Below, in pieces: positions 13,100 through 26,286 of a stretch of 64,000 nt of DNA. The DNA is from Octopus vulgaris (lineage: Eukaryota). The first letter of the stretch is position 1; each line of letters opens with the position of its first letter. Both the position numbers and the translations under genes were made by a program. The notes under the pieces were generated by a model. That model searched no databases and was not told the origin of the DNA. It saw nothing but the letters and a program-made list of their open reading frames with translations. The DNA lies in contig OX597835.1 of NCBI GenBank assembly GCA_951406725.2, positions 4,278,001 to 4,342,000 on the forward strand, given 5' to 3'.

Positions 13100-13229
13100 A
13101 TGACCCAAAACTAATGGCATGAGTCCTGATTGGAAGAAGAAGACAACAGCAGCAACAACAACAACACAAAATGTCGGTGTAGTTGTTTAATTTTAGCTGC
13201 ACAGTCTTCAGTTGTTTAACCTTCGTTCC

Positions 13230-13400
13230 ACGTTGATCAAATAGACATACAATCAAAGGCTTTCCAAGCGTGACCTTCACCTCTTATTAATATTATCAAA
13301 GTCTTACATTCTTTAATGTGTCCATCCATTTTCAAGAAGGTGGTGGGTAAATTCAGATAGATTTGGCTGCTATTTCAAGGAGATCGAAAGACTGCATAGA
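13230..13400 (+). mobile_element. Old diverged interspersed repeat (unclassified)
   Basis: ATCAAAGGC..TCCA..GTGACC and GATTTGGCTGCTATTTC motifs recur in degenerate form near 14900-15125 and 45140-45310. Confidence 0.45.
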
Positions 13401-13749
13401 GTTTCTCCTGTAAGTCTGGTCACGGATCATCCGCAGGCTTCACTCATCTGTCAAGTTTCCAAATAATTCTTACAGTTTTGGCCGATTACACTTGAAACTG
13501 TTCAAATCTGACTGGCCCCAAAAATCTAAGCTAAGAGCATTAAATTTTTGTTTTAGAAAACAAGTCCCTTTGATTTCCTCTCTTTCCGGTTCTCCCTCTG
13601 ATTCCTCAATCCCCCTGCTCCCTACCCCTCCTTTCATTTCACGTAACCGGTGTTCGATCAAGCATGATCTTTCTTTCTTATATCTATAAAACATAGTCTC
13701 TACAATATGTATTAAGCTCTCCTTGCCCATTTGGCCGATGCAAACCACG

Positions 13750-13827
<78 letters not shown>

Positions 13828-14046
13828 CGGCGTACGTACACTTAGTTCTCTCTCTCTCTATGTATACATACATATATATGTACACACGCGTGTGCACACG
13901 CACATATATATAGATCTATAATGAGAGACAATACTTGTGGACATATATATGTTCAAGTACGTGTGTGTGGGTGTGTGTAGGAGTGGTTGTTTTAATTTGT
14001 GTGCGGTGTATGTGCGTATATGTACTATGCATTTGTGTATTGTGTA

Positions 14047-14148
<102 letters not shown>

Positions 14149-15168
14149 TAGGAACCACATGATAATACATGCATTAAAGAAGCCGACCACCCCCAAAGAT
14201 GACAATTACAATTATAAGAGGTGAAGAAAGGAAGATGAACGTAAACATTACAGGAAAAGACAAGAAAAAAATGTAAGAATGAATGTGCCAACAAAGCTAT
14301 CATGAAAGGATGCGTCGACCACAACAACCACAACAAGCACAATAACCACAACCACAACAATCACAGCCACAACAATCACAACTGCAATAAGAAACACTAA
14401 AATATTAACAATAACAATTTAAGCATTAATAAGAGCAACAACTTCAACAACAACAGCAGCAGTAACAACAACAACAACAACATCAATAGCAAGAACAACA
14501 ATAAATAAGACATGACAAAACAGTAATACTAACCGAAACAACAATAATAACAAGAAGAATGTTAATATGGTGGGCAAGAATGAGAAATATGTTGGTATTT
14601 TATATCAAAGAAACACTTTTATGACAAAAAACCGAGAGAGAAATCATCGCCATTTTACAGTTTTGACGTTCAGCGTCCACTTTCTGCTGAAAATGTACCA
14701 ACTTGACTCCTTTCGCTGTTTCAAAGACGTTCTTCTGTTGGAATTATTTCTTGGAATAAATGATTGAAACAGGAATAGAAGAGACAATTTAACCGATGAA
14801 ATGTTTCCTTGTTGTTGTTGTTGTTGCTTGGCTGTTAACCTAAAGCAAAAAAACAATTACAAATAAAATATTAACAGCAACAACAAAATTTGACAGATTT
14901 ATGATCAAAGACCATTCCAGATAATTTTTATCCTATGTGATTTTTTTTAAGAAGGTAAGAAGCGACTTGAGGAAGATCCAATCGAGCCGGACTATGAGTG
15001 AAAGCAATCCATCCGTGACCATTCAGTCTTTTCCCTCTTTGTGCAAAGAACCTGGAACTACATTATTCAACATGTTCTAAGATGGAGGGCCCTGATTTGA
15101 GGGAAATTTAGTAACTATTTCTTGCAAATAAAGTCTATTTCATGGGCTAAACTTACGGTGGAGTTTAA

Positions 15169-15393
15169 CCCTTTAGCAATCAAACCAGTCATATCAGGCT
15201 AAAATATTTATCTATTTCATGTTGAAATTAGCCAGATCCAGCCTCTTACACCAAGTCTACAATGCCATTCTAAAACTAAACAAGCAGATCACCAAAATCC
15301 CGAAGCTTCAAGATAATGCAAGATTAATTCAAAACAATGTGAAGAATAGAAATAAATGTTGCATTTAACAGAATAATCTTGAATGCCAAAGGG
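15169..15393. mobile_element. piggyBac-like MITE
   Basis: TTAA at 15165-15168 and 15394-15397; TIRs CCCTTTAGCAATCAA and TTGAATGCCAAAGGG (13/15 match). Confidence 0.85.
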
Positions 15394-15666
15394 TTAAGAA
15401 AGAAATGTTTAATATGGCGGAATCAGAAGAACGCCGGTAGCATATGGTGTTTGATAGCAACCTTCTTCTTTATGATCAAAGTTCAAATCCTACCTACGTT
15501 GACTTTGGTATTTTCTTTCCCTGGGCCATAAAATAAAAAAAAAACACTCTTTGGCTACTATATACTTTACTGAAGGTGAGTATGTCCATAAATGAAATTG
15601 GTAAAATAACCGAAAAGACTAAAGAATCTTGCCTACATTTTAGTCGCCAATATTCCCTCCCTTCAA

Positions 15667-15877
15667 GGCGGCGAGTTGGCAGAATCGTTAGCACACTAGG
15701 CAAAATGCTTAGCGGCATTTTGTCCGTCTTACGTTCTGGATTCAAATTTCGCCGAGGTCAACTTTGATTTTCATCCTTTCGGGATCGATAAAATAAGTAC
15801 CAGCTGAGCACTGGGGTCGATGTAATCGACTTAACTTCTCTTCTCAAAATCTGCTGGCCTGTGCCAAAATTTGAAAC
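15667..15877 (+). mobile_element. SINE family B
   Basis: Colinear with 8520-8690, with a different 3' tail (GGCCTGTGCCAAAATTTGAAAC). Confidence 0.85.
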
Positions 15878-16720
15878 TAATATTTCATCCCCTCCTCTCT
15901 GTCTCCTCCTCCACACTTTCATACATACATATATATATTTATACATACACACATATATACATGCATTCATATATTTTTATATACACACACACATATATAC
16001 ATAATACATACATACATACATACATACATACATTCATACATATATACATACATACATATATATATATTTATACACACACACAAATATATACATACATACA
16101 TACGCATATATGTGTGTGCGTGCTTGTATGAATATATGAATGTGAGTGTGTGTGTCTGCGAATGAGTGCGTATGTGTACTAAATTTTCTTGGTTGAGACC
16201 TCTGTCAAAAGTGAACCGGAAGTCATCGTTCAATTGTGTTGCAAAGTCTTTGAAGACGATTCTTCGGCGAAGGTCTCCAGAAACCAAGAGAAATATTGGT
16301 GAATGTATTCAAAACACTTTAGATGGCGCCTCGTATACTTCCGGAAATGTCATTTTCATGAAGAATATCACTTCCGTCTATTAGCTTCCAAATGTTAGCA
16401 GGTTTGTGCTGCTTGCAATGCACAAACTATCAGATTAGCTTGCATTCCTCAGCCTGCATGCATCGAGGGGGGGGGAGGCGGTGAGAGATTCGGTGGTAAA
16501 TAAAAATGTGTCTGTGTGTCAGAGTGGTGTATATGAGTGTGTTTGTGTGTGTATAAACAGAAACACGCATAATGTAACACGTTTGTATTTTACTCTCTCT
16601 CACGTATAACAATGTACATGTGCGCGCACCCACACCCACACCCATATATGTATGTGTATATATATATATTATGTATATGCAGATATATACATATATATAT
16701 ACATACACACAGACACACAG

Positions 16721-16767
<47 letters not shown>

Positions 16768-17450
16768 CATACATGCATACATACGTACATATATAGATAT
16801 AATATATATAATAGAATATAATATATATATATATATATATATGTATGTATATACACATAAATATATGTGGGTTTGTATGTATGTATACATGAGAGGAAGT
16901 ATTAACTGAGAATGCGTGTCGGATAAAGCTATAGGGTATGTCATGTTTGGGTTGTGTTAAAAGGTACGCCTAGAATCGGTATTTCTTCATTGGGGCAGAA
17001 TGTTGAAATGTCTGCGAGGATATTAGTTCTGACAAATAATGTGAAAAGTTGGTCATTTCTGTCAGTAGATATTTTTGATAAATAGCTTCACAGAAAATAA
17101 GGGATTTCGTTTGACTCACGAATATACAGGCTTCATATTTGCTACCGTTACACTTGGTTTAATCGATTGCCGTAAATACTGGTATTTACAGAAGTAATAC
17201 ACAAGAAGAGCCGTACTGCCATGTTGCTGATGGTTATTCAGTTTGGTACAAAACCAGGAATTGTCTGTGGGTGATGGAGGTGTTTTTTTATAACGACCTC
17301 AGTGCTTGACTGTTACAAAACATCATCAAGATGACATGTAGGTATTTTTCGTATCTTTATTTCTATTTTAATTCTGCCCTCATAATTCCCACCTTATTGG
17401 TTCCAGTAAAATATCAGTTTTTCTTTGGAAAGAAGTTATCAATTCCATAC

Positions 17451-17537
17451 TAAACTTTTCTCTATTTCTGGAAACAGGGACGCTGTTGATTTTCCCTCTC
17501 GGCCCTTCTCGCGGCACAGCATAGCCGATTCCGTAAT
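17451..17537 (-). CDS. Candidate internal exon (87 nt, phase 1-1) of an unidentified gene
   Basis: Strong acceptor TTCTTTTCTTCCAG and donor GTATGG; open frame YGIGYAVPREGPRGKINSVPVSRNREKF; phase-compatible with 17688-17789. Confidence 0.45.
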
Positions 17538-17564
17538 CTGGAAGAAAAGAAGCTGACTCCATTA

Positions 17565-17640
17565 CTTGATTGGTACTTTTGGTACAAGAGGGATGAAAAA
17601 CAAAGTTGGCCTCGGTGTGATTTGAACTCAGAACGTAGAG
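17565..17640 (-). mobile_element. SINE family B fragment inside the putative 150-nt intron
   Basis: GGATGAAAAACAAAGTTGGCCTCGG..ATTTGAACTCAGAACGTA is the reverse complement of the family B B-box and central region. Confidence 0.7.
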
Positions 17641-17687
17641 ACCCAGATTAAATACTACAAGACTCTTGATGCTTGGTACTAACTTAC

Positions 17688-17789
17688 AATGTGCAAGTAT
17701 AAGACAGAAGAACTCCGGTCCTTCTCTCCATCGTGGAGCTCCGATGAGAGGTGAAGTGACATTCTGGCTGGAGTACAGCGTCATCTCAT
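17688..17789 (-). CDS. Candidate internal exon (102 nt, phase 1-1)
   Basis: Acceptor CCATCCGGCCTACAG and consensus donor GTAAGT; only one open frame, EMTLYSSQNVTSPLIGAPRWREGPEFFCLILAH; higher GC than flanks. Confidence 0.5.
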
Positions 17790-19016
17790 CTGTAGGCCGG
17801 ATGGTTGGAAGAAGCGTCAGAGCGTCGGACAATATACTTCAGAATATTTGTTTTGGCTTTATTATGCTCTGGGATCAAATCTCGCTGAGGACTGTAAAAT
17901 AAAAACCAACCGAGTTCTGGAGTAGATGTAATCGAAAAATGAACTTTTCCCTCAAGTTTGATGTCCAACACCGTATATGCAGACTGAGACACACACACAC
18001 ACACAAAAAAAAAACAGGCACACGCACACACACCTCTTTCTTTTTCTCTCTTTCTCGCTCTCTCACTCTCTCTTAAAGTGTATCCCATTAAAAATTTTAA
18101 TAGAAAAACAGACGAACTAAAAAAAGAAAGAAGAACATTTAGTAACGTTTCTTTAATGTTCTGATTTTGAATCCCGCCAAAGTCAGCCTGGTTTTCATAA
18201 TTCTGTGATCGATAAAATAAAGTGCCACTAAAGTACCAGTGAAGTAGTGGAGTCGATGTCCTTGGCTCTAAATTTTCAAACTATTTTTAAGTGCGAGGGT
18301 TTGGCAGGAACGGTAAAATGTCGATAGAATGCCTTGTGGTATTTGCTCTGGCTGTTTGTATTCCATGTTCAAATCAACCTGAGGCCAATTTTGCTTCTCA
18401 GCTCTTCGGATCAATAAATTACTAGTTAAATATTGATGTCATGATTTTATAGAATCACCTCCCCCTCAAAATAATCTCATTCTTTAATAGGGTTCTAGTC
18501 GAGTATTGAGGCCGAGCTTATTTCGTCCACCTCGCTCTCTTTCTTTCCCTCTTTCCCTCCAGTAAAAGGAGTCGTGGGTCAGAGACCCCTGACATTGTAG
18601 TGTCTCTTTATTCATAAATAGAGAAGGTGGGGGTGAGAAACGATCTGGCAACCCCATCTCATAGAAACTCAGAGGGAGTGGATGTATAGGAAGAAAAGAT
18701 CTTCACGCGTGCCTGAAGTAGAGAATTCAATATCAGAGATATACACTGATTGGGAGTTCTATGAAGAAAGCCAATCCAACCGTGATTGTGTTGCTTTTTC
18801 TTTTCTTTTAGGAGTGGCTAAGATTACATTATCCGATGTGTCCTTTATTTCTTTTACGATACCGTGCAATTTAAGATACCAGAGAATTGCTATTTCTCTC
18901 ATGTCGCACGTCCTTGTAGAGGCCGTCTCGTTGATTGGCTGGTTTAATGGTCTTTAAGTTAATAAGTATGGATGATGTTTTTAGAGGGACCCAGTGACCC
19001 CGACTAGAACCCTCAC

Positions 19017-19149
19017 CTGCGCCTATAAAACACTGGAAGTGGGAGTATAAATGGAAAGGGTCTGGCAAACTCTCCCCTTGAGCAGTCACGGCTCTGCTGT
19101 TCAGTGATTGTTGACAAGAACCAAGCAGCTGCGATAATTTGTTTTCCAT
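19017..19149 (-). CDS. Weak candidate alternative first coding exon
   Basis: ATG at 19149, 44 codons plus 1 nt, donor CAG/GTGAGG; phase 1 fits exon 17688-17789. No homology recognised. Confidence 0.2.
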
Positions 19150-19221
19150 AATGAGGACCAGTCAAGGATTGTTGACAGAGCCGCCGGAAATTGAAATCTC
19201 TGACCTGCTTAGCGCAGGGCT

Positions 19222-19242
19222 GTCACATGACCGTCACATGAC
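19222..19242. promoter_or_regulatory. Tandem GTCACATGAC E-box/M-box motifs, 11-bp period
   Basis: GTCACATGAC at 19222-19231 and 19233-19242; resembles MITF/TFE/USF sites. Confidence 0.3.
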
Positions 19243-19495
19243 CGTCACAACATCCAGTCAGTAACACGGAAATAAAATAAATAAATAAACAAATAGATAA
19301 AATAACGGGAAGAGTTTTAATATTTAATGTCTTCTAGACGACAGCACAGGGTGTCTCGTGAAAACTGATATCAAAGAAGACGTGTCCAGAACGTGCTTAG
19401 CCAGTAATGGCTGTAGTTGGCCAGTGGTCTTTGAGCGGAAATATAAACAGTTCATTGCACTCCTCATACGGAGGGCCCGGATATTAAAGATATCC

Positions 19496-19541
<46 letters not shown>

Positions 19542-19557
19542 GTAGTAGTAGTAGTAG

Positions 19558-19592
<35 letters not shown>

Positions 19593-19627
19593 ATAATAAT
19601 AATAATAATAATAATAATGATAATAAT

Positions 19628-19842
19628 TGTTTCAAATTTTGCGACAAGGCAGCAATTTCGGGGGAGAGGGGATGAGTCGATTACGTCGACCCCAGCTTTC
19701 AACTGGTACTTATTTTTATCCTCTCCGAAAGGATGAAAGACAAAGTCGACCTCGAAGGAATTTGAACTCAGATCATAAAGACGGGCGAAATTCCGCTAAG
19801 CATTTTGCCCGGCGTGTTAACGATTCAGTCGACTCGCTGCCT
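19628..19842 (-). mobile_element. SINE family B inside (TAA)n
   Basis: Reverse complement of the 15667-15877 type copy. Confidence 0.85.
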
Positions 19843-19892
19843 TAATAATAATATATAATAATAATAATAATAATAATAATGATAATAATAAT

Positions 19893-19959
<67 letters not shown>

Positions 19960-19960
<1 letters not shown>

Positions 19961-20371
19961 AGATATAGTTGTCAGAGATCATGAAGAAAAAAAATGCTTT
20001 CTAATTGATGTATCAATACCGGCAGATGACAACGTGTCTCTAAAAGAAATGGAGAAACTTTCAAAATACAAAGACCTGGAAATAGAGGTAACCAGAATGT
20101 GGAATCTAAAAACAGAAACAATTCCTATCATAGTAGGTGCATTAGGCATGATAAAAAAATGTTCACACAAATACATAAAAAAACACCAGGATTTACAAAC
20201 ACATATAACATACAGAAAATTGCACTACTAGGCACTGCACACATCCTACGCAGAACACTTTCCATACAATAACCATCAGAGCATCACAACAAATCACAGC
20301 ACATACCCAAGGCACACAGAGCTGCGCTCGGTAGTGAAGTGAAAGCACGCTATAAAAATAAAACTACTGAA
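19960..20371 (+). mobile_element. Dong/R4-clade LINE, 5'-truncated (RLE endonuclease plus 3' UTR), within (TAA)n
   Basis: (P)DIVVRDHEEKKCFLIDVSIPADDNVSLKEMEKLSKYKDLEIEVTRMW..IPIIVGALG..(frameshift)IQKIALLGTAHILRRTL; stop at 20270-20272; (TAA)n on both sides. Confidence 0.9.
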
Positions 20372-20402
20372 TGATAATAATAATAATAATGATAATAACA
20401 AC

Positions 20403-20472
<70 letters not shown>

Positions 20473-20790
20473 GTGATAATAATAATAATCACCACTGCCT
20501 TTCACATCGCTTACTATCATCGTTATATCTGACCACCTCAGCTACCACCACCACCACCATCATTACTAACGCCTTCGCCTCTATCACAAATACTGCTCAT
20601 ACTATTACTATCACCCCATTACCATCACAACCGTCAATCTACTACTGCCTTCACCATCTCTATGCCTACTATTACTCTCTCCCCAACATGAGAAATAGTA
20701 GAAGTGTCATTGAATAGTGAGAGAGGGGCTCAAAGTGTGACGCACTGACACACAGACATTTGTTTTGATATTTAAAATTTTAGATATATA

Positions 20791-21011
20791 CAGTAATCCC
20801 TCGATTATTGCGGGTGTTACGCTTTAACCCCTCCCCGCAATAGGTGAAAATCTGCGAAGTAGAAACAGTACTGTACTGTATACTTTTTAAATTATTTTTA
20901 TAATTTGTATATATTTATTTTATTATAAATGCAAAACAACACCAGGGAGGAATCGACGTAAGCTAAAATAATAAACCGTGATAAGTGAACCGCGATATGG
21001 CGAGGGATTAC

Positions 21012-21013
<2 letters not shown>
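20791..21013. mobile_element. Tigger/pogo-like MITE
   Basis: TIR CAGTAATCCCTCG / CGAGGGATTACTG; TA on the left and CA (probable mutated TA) on the right. Confidence 0.85.
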
Positions 21014-21098
<85 letters not shown>

Positions 21099-21237
21099 AT
21101 GTGTGTGCATGAGTATGTATGTGTGTGCGTGCGTGCGTGTATGTCTATGTGTACGCGTGTGTATGTGAGTGTATGTGTGTGTGTGTGCATATCGAAGAGA
21201 GTACATATATAACATAGCTATATTATAAATACATGAA

Positions 21238-21294
<57 letters not shown>

Positions 21295-21538
21295 TTGAGA
21301 GACAGGAAATTAATGACGGACAGGTCAGGGGAAAGATTAAGTGCCATTTATTTAAGGCCTCTCTGCTGCTTGGCGGGAATTCCGCAACTGATTCCACAGT
21401 TGACGGATAATCTGAGAGATTCTAGGATTCTAGGATTATTTCTATAAATACATTAGTCATGGAGATACGGAAGTTTGTGGGGGATAATATTTGAGAAGAG
21501 CCAGAATATATACATACCTATTTACATACATACATTTC

Positions 21539-21592
<54 letters not shown>

Positions 21593-21594
<2 letters not shown>

Positions 21595-21863
21595 ATTGAA
21601 TTAGAGATAAAACCACTATTAGGCAAATCAAACAGTGAAAAACATAAGCCAATACATAAAATTAATTTTAAAATATAAAAGTTAAAAATAAAAAATTATT
21701 TAAATAATTTAAACTTATAAATTTTATATATATATACAAATATATATATGTATATGTATGTATATTTTTATATTTATATATTATTAATTAATTAATTAAT
21801 TAATTAATTTACTTATTTATTTGTTTGATTCGCCTAATAGTGGTTTTATCTCTAATTTAATAT
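21593..21863. mobile_element. Foldback element with ~42-bp inverted ends next to (TA)n
   Basis: ATATTGAATTAGAGATAAAACCACTATTAGGCAAATCAAACA (21593-21634) matches its reverse complement at 21822-21863 with 2 mismatches. Confidence 0.8.
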
Positions 21864-21951
21864 AATATAATATAATATATTTATACTATAAAATTGGATT
21901 TAATCCATGCAAATCTAATGTTTTTCCTTGCAATATTTGAATTTATTCCCC

Positions 21952-22012
<61 letters not shown>

Positions 22013-22942
22013 GCATACATACATATATGTATGCTACATGTATACTACATACATACATTCATGCACACATACACAGACATATATATATATATATATACAT
22101 ATATACTTCCAAACATCCATTATATAAAGATGCATACACGCTTATATACACCCATTCATACATGCACACATAACGTGCATACAAGTTTATCAAGAAATAA
22201 TCCTTCCCCACCTCCAGACGAATGAACCTCAACTGAAATCCTCGCTGGTGATGATAAAAAAGCAAGAAAGATGTTATGAACCTCATCCGACATAACAATT
22301 GTGAAATAATGATGTCCAGTTATTATTTTCGCACGGGGCATATTCTAGTGGGAGAAGCAATTCGGAATAGAAAGAGGAAGTAAAACAAAATGTTCGGGAT
22401 TTAGTAAAATAGCCAGCAGTTAATGAGGGAGAAAAAGGGGTTTAATCGATTGCATCGCCCTGAGTATTTCATTGCTATTTTATTTTATCGATCGCTTAAA
22501 AAATTGAAAGTTAACTTTGAATTCTGAATCTAAAGTTCAAGGAATTCTTTTTCGACGTTCTAACGATGCAACCACTTCGCTAACCCTAAAACAAGGCAAA
22601 CTTACAAGCAATGATATGAGAATACTGAAGAGTGGGAGAGGGTCTCCTGAAGTTGCAGGCCTTGCCCTGTACTATAGCACAGCTGAAAGTACTTTGATGT
22701 ACTTAGGCCAACAAAGTATTGTTGTAAGGGGTTTGTGAAAGGACGTAATTAAAACGGTGGTTTTCAATCATTTGACTATCTGGATCGGATAAGTCGAGAG
22801 GTGCCGCCTGAAATAAGTGACATAAAACTGGGGCCCCGGTGGGTAAGGTATGGCATATGGAATGTTATTTGTGTTAGCCAGTTGGAATAAGGAAGGGATC
22901 GGATGAGTCGATAGGAGTAGAGAGAGAGAGGGTAGAGAGAGT

Positions 22943-23026
<84 letters not shown>

Positions 23027-23111
23027 CGCGGCTTGGTAGAGTTTGAAACAGATTAGAGGTTCAGGTGAGAAAGACATCGGGATAATAATGTAATCTAATA
23101 ACAATGACAAT

Positions 23112-23284
23112 CCTTTCCGCTATAGGTAGAAGACCTGAAATTTTGGGGGAGGGGATAAGTCGATTACATCGACCCCAGTGCGTAAATGGTACTTGTTTAA
23201 TCAACCCCGAAAGGATAAAAGGCAAAGTCGACCTCGGCGGAATTTGAACTCAGAACGTAGTGGTAGACGAAGCACGCTAAGCAT
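23112..23284 (-). mobile_element. SINE family B, 5'-truncated
   Basis: AGTCGATTACATCGACCCCAGTG..GGCAAAGTCGACCTCGGCGGAATTTGAACTCAGAAC. Confidence 0.85.
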
Positions 23285-23307
23285 ACATGCATGCATACAT
23301 ACACAAG

Positions 23308-23343
<36 letters not shown>

Positions 23344-23825
23344 AATATATATGTGTATGTGTATAACTATCATAAGCATGTATATACATATACATGCATA
23401 TATGTGTGTGCTCCTATATACACGTATGTAGATATTCATATTTACGAACACACACGTACATACCTACTTACATACACACATTCAAACATTTATCCTTATA
23501 TGAATATTGTTGAATCAAAGATCGAGAAGACAAACGTTGAAAGCAAACTCACGAGAGTTAAAAATAACAATAAATCTGCATTGTCATATCTGGTTGGTTC
23601 AGTGTTTTAACGAGAAAACTCTGCTTTTGCTAATTCTGCTCACTCTTCGGAAACTAAATGTTTCGATTCTGTACAGGCATTTAATTATATTCCTACACAT
23701 ATATCTAAATATCAGTAATCTATATAGACATTGAATACATATGTCCAAGTATGGACATATAAATACATATATTACAGTTAACCATGCGATATTTGTACAT
23801 AATCAGATACACGCACTAACACACA

Positions 23826-23895
<70 letters not shown>

Positions 23896-24001
23896 CCTAT
23901 CTTTTTATAGACACACATATACGTATGGACACACATACATGTATATATGTATATATGCATGCTGTGTATATATATTTTTATGTGCATATGTATATATATA
24001 G

Positions 24002-24046
<45 letters not shown>

Positions 24047-24368
24047 AAGAAAAAAGAAAGGAGAGAAGAATGATAGACAAACAGGGAGGCACTGAGTGAA
24101 AGATAGAGAAGGGCAACTATGAGTAAAGAGAAGTTAAATCTTGAAAATGTCCGTTGTATTGGGTCGTGGGAAGTGCTCGAGAAACCCCTCTAAACGGTCG
24201 CTATTTATAATGAACACAGGGGCCATCGTGCAAAGGATTCTCAGAAGAGATCAAATATAAAGATAAGAAAACCCAAAAAACATCTGGTAACCCTTTTCAA
24301 CATTGTAAAAATCCCCTGCGGAGTTTATTCATTAATTTTTCCCTTACGACTGTCACCGCGCTACACAG

Positions 24369-24432
<64 letters not shown>

Positions 24433-24601
24433 AGATTTGTATACGTGTATGTGCATATTTATGTATATATGTATACGTTCATATATATATATATATATAC
24501 ACATATATTTATATAATAGATACACACACATTCATATACATATTCATCTACATATTTACGCATGCGCGCATGCGTGTTCACACATACATAAATACATTTA
24601 T

Positions 24602-24649
<48 letters not shown>

Positions 24650-24759
24650 GTATGTATGTAGAGTGTTTGTGTGTATGGTTGTATATATATATGCATCTGT
24701 GTACATATGAATATTTGTATGTATTTAGACCGTACAAACATATCTATACTTTTGATACT

Positions 24760-24811
<52 letters not shown>

Positions 24812-26286
24812 CTGATAAAGGGAAACATGTAAATATATCTATATTCATAAATGTGTAATGGTGTCTGTCTGTGTGTGTGTTTGGAGTTACTCTGCAGGTT
24901 AGAGATAGGATTTTTTAATGTTCAATAAGTGTAAGGTATATTTTTGTTATTGGTGAAGGGTGAGTGTATGATCAAGAATAAAAGAGCTTAGAGAGAGCTT
25001 AATTAAACCTAACAAATTGGTCATCTGCTTAATGAACGACTCTAAATTCTTAATCATATAATTATTTTTTCAAATATCTCTTTGTGAGCAAAATATGAAA
25101 CAAAGACAAGTAGTAATTTTAAGAATATAAGACTAATTAAAAAGGAATTAATGTTCCTTTGCCACCTCAAAGACCTGATTTTCTTTTCTTTATTAATTGA
25201 TCCAAGTAATTAAGTTCTTAAATTTATTTTCCTCTTTTGAATTCTTGCGGAGTTGACCTGCTCTGTCATTTGATTCAAGAACCCTCACTTGGTCCTTTAC
25301 ACTCTTCGTCACCTTTACACTCTTCATTACATTCCAACGAAGGACAAGAGCCCGCTACAGGTTAGGTGCAAATTGTCCAACAATAATTTAATCTATTCAA
25401 ACGACCTCTATTAACCTTGCTATGCTAACTATTATCATACGAAAGTGATATGTCTATTGTTCTGTACATCCTTATAGTGAAAAAACATACAGGGGTATCG
25501 GGTGGTTCTGGAGAGAGACAGCAAGAAACAGTAAGGGACATCGGATTATTGTAGAGATAAAAGTGGCAATGCAGGTGTTAGATGTTCTTTTGGATGCAGT
25601 CTTCGATGTTTGTGTGGGTAGCAGCAACAGTGTCCCAGATATGTGTGTAGCAATTCAATGTCTCTTTTTTGATATTTTCAGAGTCAAGAGGTTTTCTGGT
25701 CCTGAAGAAAGAGTCTAGCTCTGGAACACAATTTTAGTTAAGGTTGTATATGAGATCTGCAGAAAGATCATTAGAAATTGCTAGGCCCACTATTTGAGGA
25801 TTTTAACCGGTTGATGTACATGAAGTGGGGAACTACAAGACTTATTTTATGATATCTGTAAGGGTTGTATTGTTTGTGTTACTGAAAGAGACGAGGTTAT
25901 CGGGTTTTGTATTGAACAAAATTTTCTTTTGATTTTATTCATTTCCTAACAAATGATATCAGGCAAAAATACATCATTTTTTGGCTTGTTATCACTTAAC
26001 AGACCTTTCACTTGGGCAAGTTTATCGATGCGACGCATCTCGTGTGACGGATTGAGAAATGAAAACAAAATATTTAAAGAAATGATAGAACTGGTTTGCA
26101 AGGCGTTAGCATCTTATCCCGTGATCATTTACATTTTTTTCCTCCCACTGCTCGTTAGTGGTGTGAAGACTCGTCAATCCATGTCAGAGCAAAAAGTAGT
26201 AGAAATATATGGACTCATATTCCTGTATATTTAGTCTCGTCGTGAAATTAAGCCCACGGGGGTCTTTTTGGTAGATTACGATGAGG

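Noticed and set aside
13474-13525. Possible 52-nt minus-strand exon (FWGQSDLNSFKCNRPK)
   Set aside because: Splice sites are plausible, but it is too short to distinguish from chance.
24850-25960. Strand-skewed unique segment that looks like decayed retroelement coding sequence
   Set aside because: No recognisable motif in the frames I translated; left unclassified.
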